Positions 50,017-60,472 of a stretch of 64,000 nucleotides of DNA are shown here, piece after piece. The notes beneath the pieces are model-generated. The model saw only the letters and a list, made by a program, of their open reading frames with translations, was not told the origin of the DNA and did not search any database. Source of the DNA: Candidatus Entotheonellaceae bacterium (GTDB lineage: Bacteria; Tectomicrobia; Entotheonellia; Entotheonellales; Entotheonellaceae); the NCBI GenBank assembly GCA_965238075.1, contig OZ250173.1, forward strand, positions 1,248,001 to 1,312,000, in the 5' to 3' direction. Every line of letters begins with the position of its first letter. Within the stretch, counting starts at the first letter, position 1. Position numbers and translations under genes: made by a program.

Positions 50017-51713
50017 TATTGCAGTCCTCCCGGCATACGCGGCGCGCTCAGCGCCGAGAAAAAGGTCATGCGTTCGATCACCTCCGCGGCCAGCAGGGCG
50101 ATGAGGCTGACCAGCGATCCGGCCAGCGCCGACCCCAGGCTGGCCGGCGCCAGGCCCGTCAGCAGCGTCAACGGCAGCAACACGCCGCCCAGGCCGCCGA
50201 GAAAAAAGCGCCACAGCGTCAGGGGGCGCAACTCTCCCCACAGCAGCAGGGCGGTGCGCTTCAAATCCCCCTGTTGATGGTCCCGCAGGTGGAACAGGAT
50301 CGACGCTTCACCGGCCAGTTTGATCAGCGTCAGCGCCGCCAGGCACCGGGCGCCGACGCGCCCGAAGTCGATCAGCTCGGCGCTCAACGGTCCGCCGCCC
50401 AGGGCCGCGACGCCGAAGGTGCCGGACAGAATGGCAGTCAAGCCCAGCCCAACGGACGTCAGCGCGAACTTGAAGCCGGTGCGGCCGCTGCTCCACCATT
50501 TGCGCTGGGTGACGTGGTACAGCATCACCGAGCAGAACACCGCCGCCATGCCGACGGCCGCGGTGGCGTAGCCCAGCGCTTCCAGGCCCGCCGCACCTGG
50601 CGCGGAATACAGCGCCACGGCGTACAGCGTCGCCAGCAGCGCGAAGGCGGCGAAGGCGATGATCTCCCGGCTCAGCCACGAGGTGCGCAGGCCAATGAAG
50701 GCGCGCCAGGCGTATTGCGGGCGCCCGAGATGCACGATGCTGGCCACCATGGCGAGCAGGCCGAGCCCCAGCGCCAGCACCCCGTGGAAGGGCCGCAGGA
50801 CTGCCAGACTTGCCTCGCCGAGCCACAAGGGCAGCAGTTGATTGAAGCAGAAGGCGCCCACCGACAGTTGCGTCAGCACCAGCATGATGACCAGCGGCAG
50901 GTGCTGGTGTCCCGGCCGGACCGCGTAGAAATCCGCCGGTAGCATGTTGCGCGGGAACACATCGGTCGTCTTGTAGCACGTCGTCGGCACGGCAATCCCC
51001 GGCGACGGCACCCCCGGGAGAAAGGCGTCGCCCTGCGCGTCTTCGATGGCCGCGGCCTTGTCGATGACGCGAATCGCAATGGCCTCGGTAGGGCACGCCT
51101 GCGCACAGGCCGGCGCCTCGCCGTCCGCCAGCCGTCCGGCGCACATGTCGCACTTGCGCACGATGCCGAGCTTGGCGCTGTATTGCGGCACCTCGTAGGG
51201 GCAGGTGAACACGCAGTACTGGCAGCCGATGCACTGGTCGTCGAGGTGATGCACGATGCCGGTCAGCGGGTCCTTTTCATAGGCGCCCACCGGGCAGCCG
51301 TGCATGCAGGCCGGCTCCAGGCAGTGGTGGCAGGTGGTGGTCACCGTTTTCTGCATCGGCGCCGCCGGGCTGCCGCCGTGCAGCAAGCCTACCGAGCGCC
51401 ACGTCTCGCCCGCCTCCAGGCCGTTCAGGCTGTGGCACGCGGTGACGCACGCCTTGCAGCCGGAACAGCGGTCGAGGTCCACCTCGAAGCTGTACTGCTG
51501 CCCGGCGGTCGGCGGCGACACCGGCATCAGGCTGCGGTAATACGGCTCCTGCAGGGGCGCGGCGTCGCGCTCGTGCAACTGCGCAAAGCGCTCGACCGCG
51601 GACAGGTCCTGCTGCGCGGCGAGATAGGCGTCCAGCAGCGGCAGGGGTCGAGCCAGCGGCTCGGGCTGGGGCCGCGGGGGCGGGGCGCAGACGGCTTCGG
51701 TTTGCAGGCTCAT
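50016..51713 (-). CDS. DmsB-like 4x[4Fe-4S] ferredoxin fused to a DmsC/NrfD-like membrane anchor
   Basis: [42 protein letters not shown]; then LTQLSVG, HLGRP, SWLSREI and multiple TM helices. Confidence 0.9.
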   Translation of the reverse strand: MSLQTEAVCAPPPRPQPEPLARPLPLLDAYLAAQQDLSAVERFAQLHERDAAPLQEPYYRSLMPVSPPTAGQQYSFEVDLDRCSGCKACVTACHSLNGLEAGETWRSVGLLHGGSPAAPMQKTVTTTCHHCLEPACMHGCPVGAYEKDPLTGIVHHLDDQCIGCQYCVFTCPYEVPQYSAKLGIVRKCDMCAGRLADGEAPACAQACPTEAIAIRVIDKAAAIEDAQGDAFLPGVPSPGIAVPTTCYKTTDVFPRNMLPADFYAVRPGHQHLPLVIMLVLTQLSVGAFCFNQLLPLWLGEASLAVLRPFHGVLALGLGLLAMVASIVHLGRPQYAWRAFIGLRTSWLSREIIAFAAFALLATLYAVALYSAPGAAGLEALGYATAAVGMAAVFCSVMLYHVTQRKWWSSGRTGFKFALTSVGLGLTAILSGTFGVAALGGGPLSAELIDFGRVGARCLAALTLIKLAGEASILFHLRDHQQGDLKRTALLLWGELRPLTLWRFFLGGLGGVLLPLTLLTGLAPASLGSALAGSLVSLIALLAAEVIERMTFFSALSAPRMPGGLQ

Positions 51714-51756
51714 GGCGCTTACCCCTTTACAGTCGTTTCAGATAATAACGGCTCAA

Positions 51757-51854
51757 GTCACTCCGGCGAAAGAACGTTACCCCGGACTTGATCCGGGGCC
51801 GGAGTCCAGAGGTTTTCGGTGGCCGCTGGATTCCGGGTCAAGCCCGGAATGACG
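51757..51854. repeat. CGTC-type REP doublet with a nested palindrome inside the left arm
   Basis: gtcactccggcgaa[agaacgttaccccggacttgatccggg]gccggagtccag...ctggattccgggtcaagcccggaatgacg. Confidence 0.8.
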
Positions 51855-51873
51855 ACTTGGGATATTGGATGGT

Positions 51874-54837
51874 TTATTCAGAATCGAAAACGTTATTGCT
51901 CAACACCGGCAACAACTGCATGCCGTCATCAGCGTTGCACGCGGTTGCCATTTCGCAGCCGATGTCGGTAGCCAGAGAGCGCTCCAGCATCTCGGTCGGC
52001 GGCAGGTGCAGATACACCTCGCCGTTCTCGACCTTCACCGGAAACACCTGCACGCCGTAATCCTCGCCGCTCAGCGAGGCGCCGGATTCGAGCGAAAAGT
52101 TTTCTTGTGCGGGCACATCTGCTGGCTGGCGTACCACTCGCCGCGGCTGCTGAAGTTGAATACGGCGATCTGCACGCCGCCGTATTTGATGGTGGCACCG
52201 CCGTCGAGCGGAAAATCGTCCGCCGTGCCGACTTCCATCCAGGCGCGTTCGGCGGCCTCGGTCGCGTCCCCTGCCAAGCGATTGAGCACCTCGAACTGCT
52301 GCAGCGACACTGCTTCCGTCGGCCAGTCGGCCGGCCGCCGTTGGCCGCGCTCGGAGACGATCTCGATGGTTGGCTCGGTGGCGTCGGTGTTCACGAATTG
52401 CCGGAACAGCCGCCGCTTTTCGGGATCCTTGACCACGTCGGCCCACTCGCAGCGGTACGAATCGACCAGGAACTGCATCATGGCCTCGAGCTCGTCGCAG
52501 ATGCCGAGCTTGTCGTCGATGATCACCTCGCGCAGGTGTCCCACGCCGCCCGCCGTCTTGTCGAGCCGCACCGCGGTGCGGGTCAGCTTGTCGGCGGTCA
52601 TGATGTAATACATGAGGAAGCGGTCGATATAGCGGATGGCGGTTTCCTCGTCGACGTCGGCGGCCAGCAGGTCGGCGTGCCGTGGCTTGGCGCCGCCGTT
52701 GCCGCCGACGTACAGGTTGTAACCGCGCTCGGTGGCCACCAGGCCGAAATCCTTGCCCTGCGCCTCGGCGCACTCGCGCACGCAGCCGGACACGGCGCTC
52801 TTGATTTTGTGCGGCGCCCGGATGCCTTTGTAGCGATTCTCCACACGCACCGCGAAGGCGACCGAATCCTGCACGCCGTAGCGGCACCAGGTGGTGCCGA
52901 CGCAGCTCTTGACGGTGCGCAGCGCCTTGCCGTAAGCGTGGCCGCTTTCGAAGCCCGCGTCCACAAGCTTCTCCCAGATGTCCGGCAGGTTTTGCAACCG
53001 GGCGCCGAACAAATCGATACGCTGGCCGCCGGTGATCTTGGTGTAGAGGCCGTACTGGCGTGCCGTCTCGCCGAGGGCGATGAGCTTGTCGGGGGTAATC
53101 TCGCCGCCCGGCACGCGCGGGATCACCGAGTAAAGGCCGCCGCGCTGCATGTTGGCGAGGAAGCGGTCGTTGGTGTCCTGCAGGGTGTGGTGCGCGGCGT
53201 CGCTGATCGTCTCGTTCCACAGCGCCGCCAGGATGGAAGTGACGGCCGGCTTGCACACCTCGCAGCCGGTGCCGCTGCCGTATTGGCGGATGATCTCGTC
53301 GAACGTCTTCAGCTTCTTGGCCTTGATGATGGCGAACAGCTCGGTGCGCGAATACGGGAAGTGTTCGCACATATGATGGCTGATAGCGACGCCGGCCGCG
53401 GCCATGGCGCCGTTAAATAGGTCGGTGACCAGGGGCATGCAGCCGCCGCAGCCGGTGCCGGCCCGGGTGGCGGCTTTGAGATTCGCCAAGGAGGCGATGT
53501 CCCGCTCGCGCATGGCGTCGCAGATGGCGCCCTTGGTGACGTTGTTACAGGAGCAGATCTGCGCCGAATCGGCCATCGCGTCGACGCCGACCAGCGCCCC
53601 GGCGCCGCCCGAGCTGCCCAGGATCAACGCGTTGGGGCGGCACGGCAGCGGCTCGCCGCTCTTGGCCAGCACGGACAGGGTGCCGTAGTCGCCGGCGTCG
53701 CCGACCAGCACGCCGCCGAGCAGCCGGGTGCCGTCGGGGCTGAACAGCAGCTTCTTGTAGACGCCGTCGAAGGGGTCTTCCCAGGTCAGCGGATGGGCGG
53801 TTTCGGCACCGGCTTCGTAGTCGCCGAAGCTGGCGACGTCCACGCCCATGAGCTTCAGCTTGGTGGACAGGTTGGCGCCTTGGAAGCGGGCGTCGCCGCC
53901 GGTGAGGTTGGTGGCGACGATTTCGGCCATCTCGTAGCCCGGCGCCACCAGGCCGTAGATCATGCCGCCGTGCAGGGCCACTTCGCCGATGGCGTAGATG
54001 GACGGGTCGGAGGTTTGCAGCAGGTCGTTGACCGCCACGCCGCCGCGCTCGCCGACCTCAATGCCGCAGGCGCGCGCCAGATCGTCGCGCGGGCGGATGC
54101 CGGCAGACACGATAATCATGTCCACGTCCAGCACGTCGCCGTCCTGAAAGCGCATGCCGGCCACGCGGCCGTTGCCGAGCACCTCTTGGGTGGCTTTGTT
54201 GAGGTGCACGCGGACGCCGAGGTCTTCAATCTTGCGCACCAGGACGCGCGAGCCGGCGTCGTCGATCTGCCGAGGCATCAGGCACGGGGCGAATTCCACC
54301 ACGTGCGTTTGCAGGCTGAGGTCGTACGCCGCCTTGGCCGCCTCGAGGCCGAGCAGGCCGCCGCCGATGACGGCGGCGCGCTTCACCCCGTTGCCGTAGT
54401 CGATAATTCTCTCCAGGTCCTCGATGGTACGGTAGACGAACACGCCGCGCTTCGATACCAGGCACCGGCGGCACGAACGGGAAGGACCCCGTGGCCAGCA
54501 CCACCGTGTCGTAGCTCACCTCGACGCCCTTGTCGGAGCGCACCACCTTGGCTTGGCGGTCGATGTCGCTGGCGCGGTCGCCGACGTGCAGTTCCACGCC
54601 GTTGGCTTCGTACCAGGCCATTTTGGCCATCATGAGCTTCTGCGCGTCGCGGTGCGCGAAAAACGAGGTGAGCCCGACCCGGTCATAGGCCGCGCGGGGC
54701 TCTTCGCAGAAGGTGATCAGCCGGAATTGCCGCTTGGTGTCGCGCTCGACGAGTTGCTCGCAGAAGCGCTGCCCGACCATGCCGTTGCCGATGACAACAA
54801 CGTTTCGGCGTCCATCGTGTGTGTCCATCGTTTTCAT
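51874..54837 (-). pseudogene. nirB: NADH-dependent nitrite reductase NirB fused to NirD (Rieske), with two frameshifts and an internal deletion
   Basis: IGNGMVG, YDRV, GGGLLGLEAA, CSCNNV..GCGGC, KSCVGTTWC, SGCVREC siroheme motifs, C-terminal Rieske remnant; frameshifts at ~54452 and ~52101. Confidence 0.88.
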
Positions 54838-55001
54838 GATCCCCCCTCCCCTCTGTGAATTGTGAGCGCCAACCCGCCCCGGTGGAGTCTCGCCTGCATG
54901 CCTTGCCCTGTGCGAAGGAGGGGAACACACACGGAAAGACCCGCTGCGAGGGCCGGGGCGCGGCCGGCGCTCAGTGGCCTACCTGGTTGAGAAGGCGGCC
55001 A

Positions 55002-56345
55002 TTACGCTGCCGTGCTCAGAGCTTCCTCGCGCTGCGCCAGGGCCTCGGCGAAGGCGGCTTTCTCCTCTGCCTCCACCGCGGGCGAGAAGCGCACGCACAG
55101 CGCCAGGCTCGACGACACCGCCACGGCGATGCCGAGAATCAGCAGAGCGTCCTGGGTGGCCATGGATTCGACCCGGAACAGGAAGCCGGCCGCTACCGCC
55201 CCGGCGTTGCCGCCGGCGCCGACGATACCGGCCACCGGGCCGACCGCTTTCTTATTGATGAACGGCACGATGCCGTAGGTGGCGCCCTCGGACATCTGCA
55301 CGAAGAGGCTGAAGACGATCATGGCGCCGACCGCGATGCCCAACGCCGGCATGCGTGAGAAGACCACCAGCGCCACGCCTTCGAGCAGCAGCACGCAGCC
55401 CAGGAGCCACACCCGGCCGCGCAGCCCGCCGCGGCGCGCGAAGATGTCCGAAAAGATGCCTCCCAGGGTGCACGCGAAGATGTTCATCAGGCCGAACAAC
55501 CCGGCGATGAGACCGGCGGTGCCGACGCTGAGTTCGAAGCGGTCGTGGAAATACAGCGCCGCCACGTTGTTGATGGTCAGCTCGATGCCGAAGCACGCCG
55601 CGTAGATGACGAACAGCGCCCATACCCGGTAATCCTTGGCCGCTGCCAGGAACGAGCCGTATGATTTGTCACTGCGCGGCGCCATGCGGCCCGCGGCGCG
55701 CAGGTCGCGGTAGTTGCCGTCCGGGGCGTCCTGGGTGAACAGGAGGTAGGCGATGCCGGTGACGAACAGGACGGCGCCGGGGATGATCATGGCCAGCCGC
55801 CAGCTCACGAACTTGCCGACGCCCAGCATCAGGAACGCCGAGAACATCAGCGGCATGACCATCTGCGTGACGCCGCCGCCAAGGTTGCCCCACCCTGCGG
55901 TGGTGGCGTTGGCGGTACCCACGCAGTTGGGGGCGAACATCATCGAGGTGTGGTACTGCGTAATGACGAATGACGCGCCGATGGCGCCGATGGCTAGCCG
56001 GAACAGCAGGAACGATTCGTAGCTCTGCGCCAGGCCGATGCCCATGACCGGCAGCGAGCCGAGGATCAGCAGCCACGTGTAGGTGAGCCGCGAGCCGAAT
56101 TTGTCGCACAGCGGCCCGATCAGGAGCCGCACCAGCACGGTGATGGCTACCGAGGCGATGATGGTGTTGCCAATCTGCGCCTTGGTGAGCATCAGGTCCT
56201 CACGCACGATGGCCATCAGCGGCGCGATGCCGAACCAGCCGAAGAAACACAGGAAAAAGGCGAACCACGTCATGTGGAAGGCCCGCATCGGCGGCGTCTT
56301 GAGGCTGAACAGATGGATCCGGGTTGCCTTGTTCAGGATTTCCAC
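55002..56345 (-). CDS. narK: NarK/NRT2 family nitrate/nitrite MFS transporter (conserved TM8 Arg replaced by Cys)
   Basis: AFFLCFFGWF, RLLIG, AGWGNLGGG nitrate signature, CFGIEL, GAGGNAG; GGGAGG RBS before GTG. Confidence 0.9.
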   Translation of the reverse strand: MEILNKATRIHLFSLKTPPMRAFHMTWFAFFLCFFGWFGIAPLMAIVREDLMLTKAQIGNTIIASVAITVLVRLLIGPLCDKFGSRLTYTWLLILGSLPVMGIGLAQSYESFLLFRLAIGAIGASFVITQYHTSMMFAPNCVGTANATTAGWGNLGGGVTQMVMPLMFSAFLMLGVGKFVSWRLAMIIPGAVLFVTGIAYLLFTQDAPDGNYRDLRAAGRMAPRSDKSYGSFLAAAKDYRVWALFVIYAACFGIELTINNVAALYFHDRFELSVGTAGLIAGLFGLMNIFACTLGGIFSDIFARRGGLRGRVWLLGCVLLLEGVALVVFSRMPALGIAVGAMIVFSLFVQMSEGATYGIVPFINKKAVGPVAGIVGAGGNAGAVAAGFLFRVESMATQDALLILGIAVAVSSSLALCVRFSPAVEAEEKAAFAEALAQREEALSTAA

Positions 56346-56434
56346 GGTGTCCCCTCCCTGGTCGCGTCCTTCTGGGTAGCATGTTGGCTGAGGCCGCCGG
56401 ATGCGGCGCCTTCGTCGGACGCGCTGGGAAAGAG

Positions 56435-56449
56435 GCAAGAGGCGTGCCA
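56435..56449 (-). promoter_or_regulatory. sigma54 (-24/-12) promoter of the nitrate cluster
   Basis: Minus strand reads TGGCACG-CCTC-TTGC, a perfect consensus about 90 nt upstream of narK. Confidence 0.8.
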
Positions 56450-56883
56450 AGCGGGGTATGGCACGACTTTCGGTTCCGTACGGAATGTATAACTCATTTA
56501 GATATAATATCTTGTGTCGATATTAGGAGACGATCCAGGATTATGGTGAGGAGCCGTGTATCCGACGATAGTGGCGGTAATTCATCACAAAACAACAATT
56601 TCGTCGCTTTTTCGGCGATGCGACGTCCGCTCGGTTTAAAGCCTGCCGCCTATGCCTGGAAGACTCGGATTCGCCCACATGCCGGGGCGGGTTTCGTGGC
56701 GCAAACCAGTTCCTGTCAGCGGGCAAATCCGACAATTTCGTCTGATGACGAGGATTAAACGACATCGTTGTCGGTCGGCAAAAACTTCCTTGCCGATACC
56801 GCCTTTATGTTTCGAAACCGCTCTGCTACTGTACGGGAAGGTGATCGTGTGGTTACAGGAGGGGAGCTAGCGAGGATCTGTAC

Positions 56884-57435
56884 ATGGACAAAAAGATGAC
56901 GGTTGGCGTTCAAAAAAGATGGATAGGTTACTTGGGATTCGCTTTGTTGTTGGGACCTGTTCTGGCAAGTTTTGCCCAGGACGTGGAGAGGATGAAAGCG
57001 TCGAGGGTGGTTGTGACCCGAGAAAGTCTCCACAGTTTCAGCACGGGCAGCGGCTGTAAGAGCGTCCCGTACACCGGCCTTCAAGACGGCAAGTTTTTCA
57101 TGGTTGCTGAAGCCTTTGTACGCATGGAACTCTGGACGGTAGAGGGCTTGAGGATGCCCCTCAAGGAAAGAAAGCGTCTCATCGATTCTCAAATCTATTT
57201 TCTGCAGGGCAACGCCTATGCAGATTGGTCCCCCAAAGCGCAGCCCGAAGGCGTCTGTCCTGAATTGCAAGAACGTCTGAAAGCATTTCCCAAAGAGCTG
57301 GAAGGCATGCTGGGCCTGGTTCACAACAGCCCCGCCCAGCTCGATCCCCCCTGCGAGCCGGCCATTACATTGATGGTGAATGGGAACAGGGTCGTCCAAT
57401 CGTATGAGTTTGTAACGGACTGCGGCCTTCGCTGA
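56884..57435 (+). CDS. hypothetical secreted protein
   Basis: Signal-peptide-like N-terminus (..LLLGPVLASFAQ), four Cys; no family recognised. Confidence 0.6.
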   Translation: MDKKMTVGVQKRWIGYLGFALLLGPVLASFAQDVERMKASRVVVTRESLHSFSTGSGCKSVPYTGLQDGKFFMVAEAFVRMELWTVEGLRMPLKERKRLIDSQIYFLQGNAYADWSPKAQPEGVCPELQERLKAFPKELEGMLGLVHNSPAQLDPPCEPAITLMVNGNRVVQSYEFVTDCGLR

Positions 57436-57473
57436 GACTCTGGCGATATCCTGCAACATTCTCCGGTCAATCT

Positions 57474-57514
57474 GTAGGTCGGATTAGCGGAGCGTAATCC
57501 GACACTCCATCGCG
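57474..57514. repeat. single GTAG-type REP
   Basis: gtaggtcggattagcggagcgtaatccgacactccatcgcg is the reverse-complement homologue of the right arm of the 38153 element. Confidence 0.8.
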
Positions 57515-57576
57515 CCGCTCCCGCTGCCGGTATACGTCTGCGGTCAATCCGACCGGCGCGAAGCCGCCATCCCGTT

Positions 57577-59229
57577 TTATTCAACAACGGCCAACAGTTC
57601 CGGGTACGTGTAGAAGTTGTGGATGGTGTACTCGCCAAACTTCGGATCGAAGGGCGTGCTGACGCGCGCCGGGTGGCGGATGCTGCGGCTGGGGATATCA
57701 ACGATGGGCAGGCACACCGCATCGCGCATGATGCGGCGCTGTGCCTCGTGGTAGAGGGCGGCCCGTTTTTCGGGGTTCCGGGTGCGGCGCCCTTCTTCCA
57801 GCAGGTCGTCGATGCCGCGGTAGTGGGCGAAATTGGTACCCTTGTTGCCGGTGGCCGGGTCGGGGGCTTCGCCGGAGTGAAAGAACAGGCCGAGCATCAC
57901 GTCGCCGTCGGTGAGGCGGGTGCCGCCGTACAACACGAACGGATTGAGATTGTTGCGGATGTTCTGGTGATAGGTGACATGCTCGACCAGCTGCAGCTGC
58001 ACGTCCACCCCGACCCGTTTGAGTTGTTCCTGCACCATGACCATGATCTTCGGGTAGCCGTAGGACTTGGTAATGAAGTAATCGTGGATGGTGAGGCCGT
58101 CCGGGTATCCTGCCTCGGCTAGCAATTGGCGCGCCAGTTCGGGATCGTAGGGCGGTATTTCCATCGGCAGGTGCCCGAAATACCCCGGCGGCAGCGGGCT
58201 GGAAGCTACCGTGCCGAGGCCGTCCGACCACAGCGTATCGACAATGGCCTGGCGGTCGATGGCGTGCATAAACGCCCTGCGAACCCGGATGTCGTCAAAA
58301 GGCGGCTTGATGGTGTTGAAGTAAAACCGGTACTGCCCGCCTGGGCCGCGCTCGTCCAGCACGGCGCCCATGGCTGCCACCTGTTCCTTCAGGTCCGCCG
58401 TGACGACGTTCGGCAGTGCAATGTCGAAGGTGCCTTTTTCCAGGCCGAGCAATTTGGTGGCGTCCTCGGGAACGTCGAACCAGTGGATCTCGTCCACCGC
58501 CGGGCGGCCGCCGTGGTAATGCTCGAACGCCCTGAAAATGATCTTCTCGCGCGGCAAGCGGCGGTGAAAGTAGAACGGTCCGGTGCCGACCGGATTCCAG
58601 CCGAACTCGCCGCCGAACGCCAGCACCGCCTTCTTGCTGACGATGTAGCCCTGTTGGTAACCAACCATGCGCATGGGGAAGACGGGGTCGTATTGCTTGA
58701 GGGTGATGCGCAGGGTATGGGGACCGAGAACCGTGATGTCCTGGATCACGTCGAGGTTCTTGGCGAAGCGCATGCCGCGTTCGCGCCGCATCTGGCGCTC
58801 AAAGCTGTACTTGACGTCCTCGGCGGTCAACTCGCCGTAGCCCTTGTGGAACTGCACCCCCTGCCGCAGCTTGAAGGTCCACACGGTGCCGTCGTCCGAC
58901 ACCGTCCAGCTCTCCGCCAAGTCCGGCTCGACTTCCGTGGTGGTCACCCGCTGCTTCACGATCTCCGTGCCGTCCGGCGCCGTTTCCTTGACCGTCTTGA
59001 TGGCAAAGCGGGTCAGGCCGCGATACAGAATTCGCAAGCTGGCCTGCGTCTGCCCGAGAATCGCAACGTGGGGGTCGAGGGTTTCCTGTTCTTCATAGGC
59101 GATCTTGACGATCTTCTTGCGAGCAGCGTCAGCGGCAGCGAAGAGTCCCAGCAGGATGCAACCCTGCATCGCCAGCACTGCCAATAGCCGGCCTAATCCC
59201 TGTATCCGCTCCCCTGCATGGGTCGTCAC
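57577..59229 (-). CDS. ABC transporter substrate-binding protein, family 5 (DppA/OppA-like), orphan
   Basis: TLDPH, PDLAESWTVSDDG..F.LRQGVQFH, GTGPF, PPFDDIRVRRA..AIDR. Confidence 0.9.
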   Translation of the reverse strand: MTTHAGERIQGLGRLLAVLAMQGCILLGLFAAADAARKKIVKIAYEEQETLDPHVAILGQTQASLRILYRGLTRFAIKTVKETAPDGTEIVKQRVTTTEVEPDLAESWTVSDDGTVWTFKLRQGVQFHKGYGELTAEDVKYSFERQMRRERGMRFAKNLDVIQDITVLGPHTLRITLKQYDPVFPMRMVGYQQGYIVSKKAVLAFGGEFGWNPVGTGPFYFHRRLPREKIIFRAFEHYHGGRPAVDEIHWFDVPEDATKLLGLEKGTFDIALPNVVTADLKEQVAAMGAVLDERGPGGQYRFYFNTIKPPFDDIRVRRAFMHAIDRQAIVDTLWSDGLGTVASSPLPPGYFGHLPMEIPPYDPELARQLLAEAGYPDGLTIHDYFITKSYGYPKIMVMVQEQLKRVGVDVQLQLVEHVTYHQNIRNNLNPFVLYGGTRLTDGDVMLGLFFHSGEAPDPATGNKGTNFAHYRGIDDLLEEGRRTRNPEKRAALYHEAQRRIMRDAVCLPIVDIPSRSIRHPARVSTPFDPKFGEYTIHNFYTYPELLAVVE

Positions 59230-59464
59230 GGTGTCTTGGGCTCCTCTGGTTCGGCAGCTTGCGCTGAATGTTGACGAGGCTGCAATGGTACAACAGGCGG
59301 CCCAGCAACACCGTCTCCATACCTTCGTGTGCTGCTTGTGGAGCGGTCAAAACACACTTGACACCACCACTGCGGCGGGCGTATCCCTTCTGTACGGAAG
59401 GGCCTGATGCCCCTTCGTGCCATGTCCCAAACCAGTCTCTGCAACAGCAAGAAGGAGATGCGCT

Positions 59465-60472
59465 ATGAGACGGATGGTTACAATGCTCGGGATTATCGGA
59501 GTGGTGATCGCGCTCGTTCTGGCGCCTGGAGGAGCTTGGGCGCAGTACAGCGAGACGATGGCGGCGGAAAGTCCGTGGGGTCCCGAAGACGAAATCGGCA
59601 CCCTGAACATGATGACCGACACCTCCAGGCTCGACGTCATCAAGCAGGTCATGAGCGGCAAGGTTTACGACCTCGGCGTCGAGCTGTACTCGGGAATGCC
59701 GAGCTGTTGCAGCGCCTTCGGCGACCCCCAGTACCATCTCTGGATGACCCATACGCCGCGCGGCACCATTGCCGCCAATCCGTTCGGCGTGTCGCGCGAG
59801 GTCAATGAACGGGTGAGCTACTCAGGGGATGGGGTCACCATGTATACGCATTCGGGTACCCATCTGGACACCCTCAATCACTTCGGCCTGCACGGCAAGA
59901 TCTGGAACCAGTTCAGCGCCGACGAGCATCTCGGCGACCAGGGGTGGTCCAAGGCCGGTGCGGACAAATATCCTCCGATCGTGGCCAGAGGGGTGCTCAT
60001 CGACCTGGCGAAGTCCATGGGCGTGCAGCACTTGCCGGCGTCCTACGGCATCACCGCGGCGGATTTGCAGAAGGCGCTGCGGGAACAGGGAACGCAGCTA
60101 CAACCGGGCGACGTTGTCCTGTTCCGCACCGGGCTCATGACCTTGTGGCCCGATTCCTCCAAGTACCAGTTGGGGAACCAGGCCGGCCTGAGCCTGGAAG
60201 CGGCGAAGTGGCTGGTGGAAGACAACCAGGCCATGCTCCTCGGGGGGGACAATTTCGGCATCGAGGCCTTCCCCTCTACCGATCCGGGCAACTATGTGCC
60301 GGTGCACACCTATCTGTTCGCCGAGCGCGGCGTGTCGGTCATCGAGGTGATGTGGCTGGAGGACCTGGCGCGGGATCAGGTGTATGAATTCCTGTTCATC
60401 GCCACGCCCCTCAAGCTGCGGGGCGCGACCGGATCGCCGATCCGGCCGATGGCGATTCCTGCACAGCGGTAA
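59465..60472 (+). CDS. secreted metal-dependent cyclase family protein (kynurenine formamidase/isatin hydrolase-like)
   Basis: Signal peptide, WGPEDEIGTLN, HSGTHLD, RGVLID, RTG, GATGSPIRP. Confidence 0.88.
   Translation: MRRMVTMLGIIGVVIALVLAPGGAWAQYSETMAAESPWGPEDEIGTLNMMTDTSRLDVIKQVMSGKVYDLGVELYSGMPSCCSAFGDPQYHLWMTHTPRGTIAANPFGVSREVNERVSYSGDGVTMYTHSGTHLDTLNHFGLHGKIWNQFSADEHLGDQGWSKAGADKYPPIVARGVLIDLAKSMGVQHLPASYGITAADLQKALREQGTQLQPGDVVLFRTGLMTLWPDSSKYQLGNQAGLSLEAAKWLVEDNQAMLLGGDNFGIEAFPSTDPGNYVPVHTYLFAERGVSVIEVMWLEDLARDQVYEFLFIATPLKLRGATGSPIRPMAIPAQR

Noticed and set aside
48300..54460. Frameshifts as programmed ribosomal frameshifting
   Set aside because: No consistent slippery heptamers or stimulators; they co-occur with a deletion and missense changes, so decay or assembly error is more likely
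56350..56430. Possible ANTAR (NasT/NasR) dual-hairpin in the narK leader (gacgaaggcgcc)
   Set aside because: Only one weak motif-like hairpin, no clear terminator, and no ANTAR gene in the window
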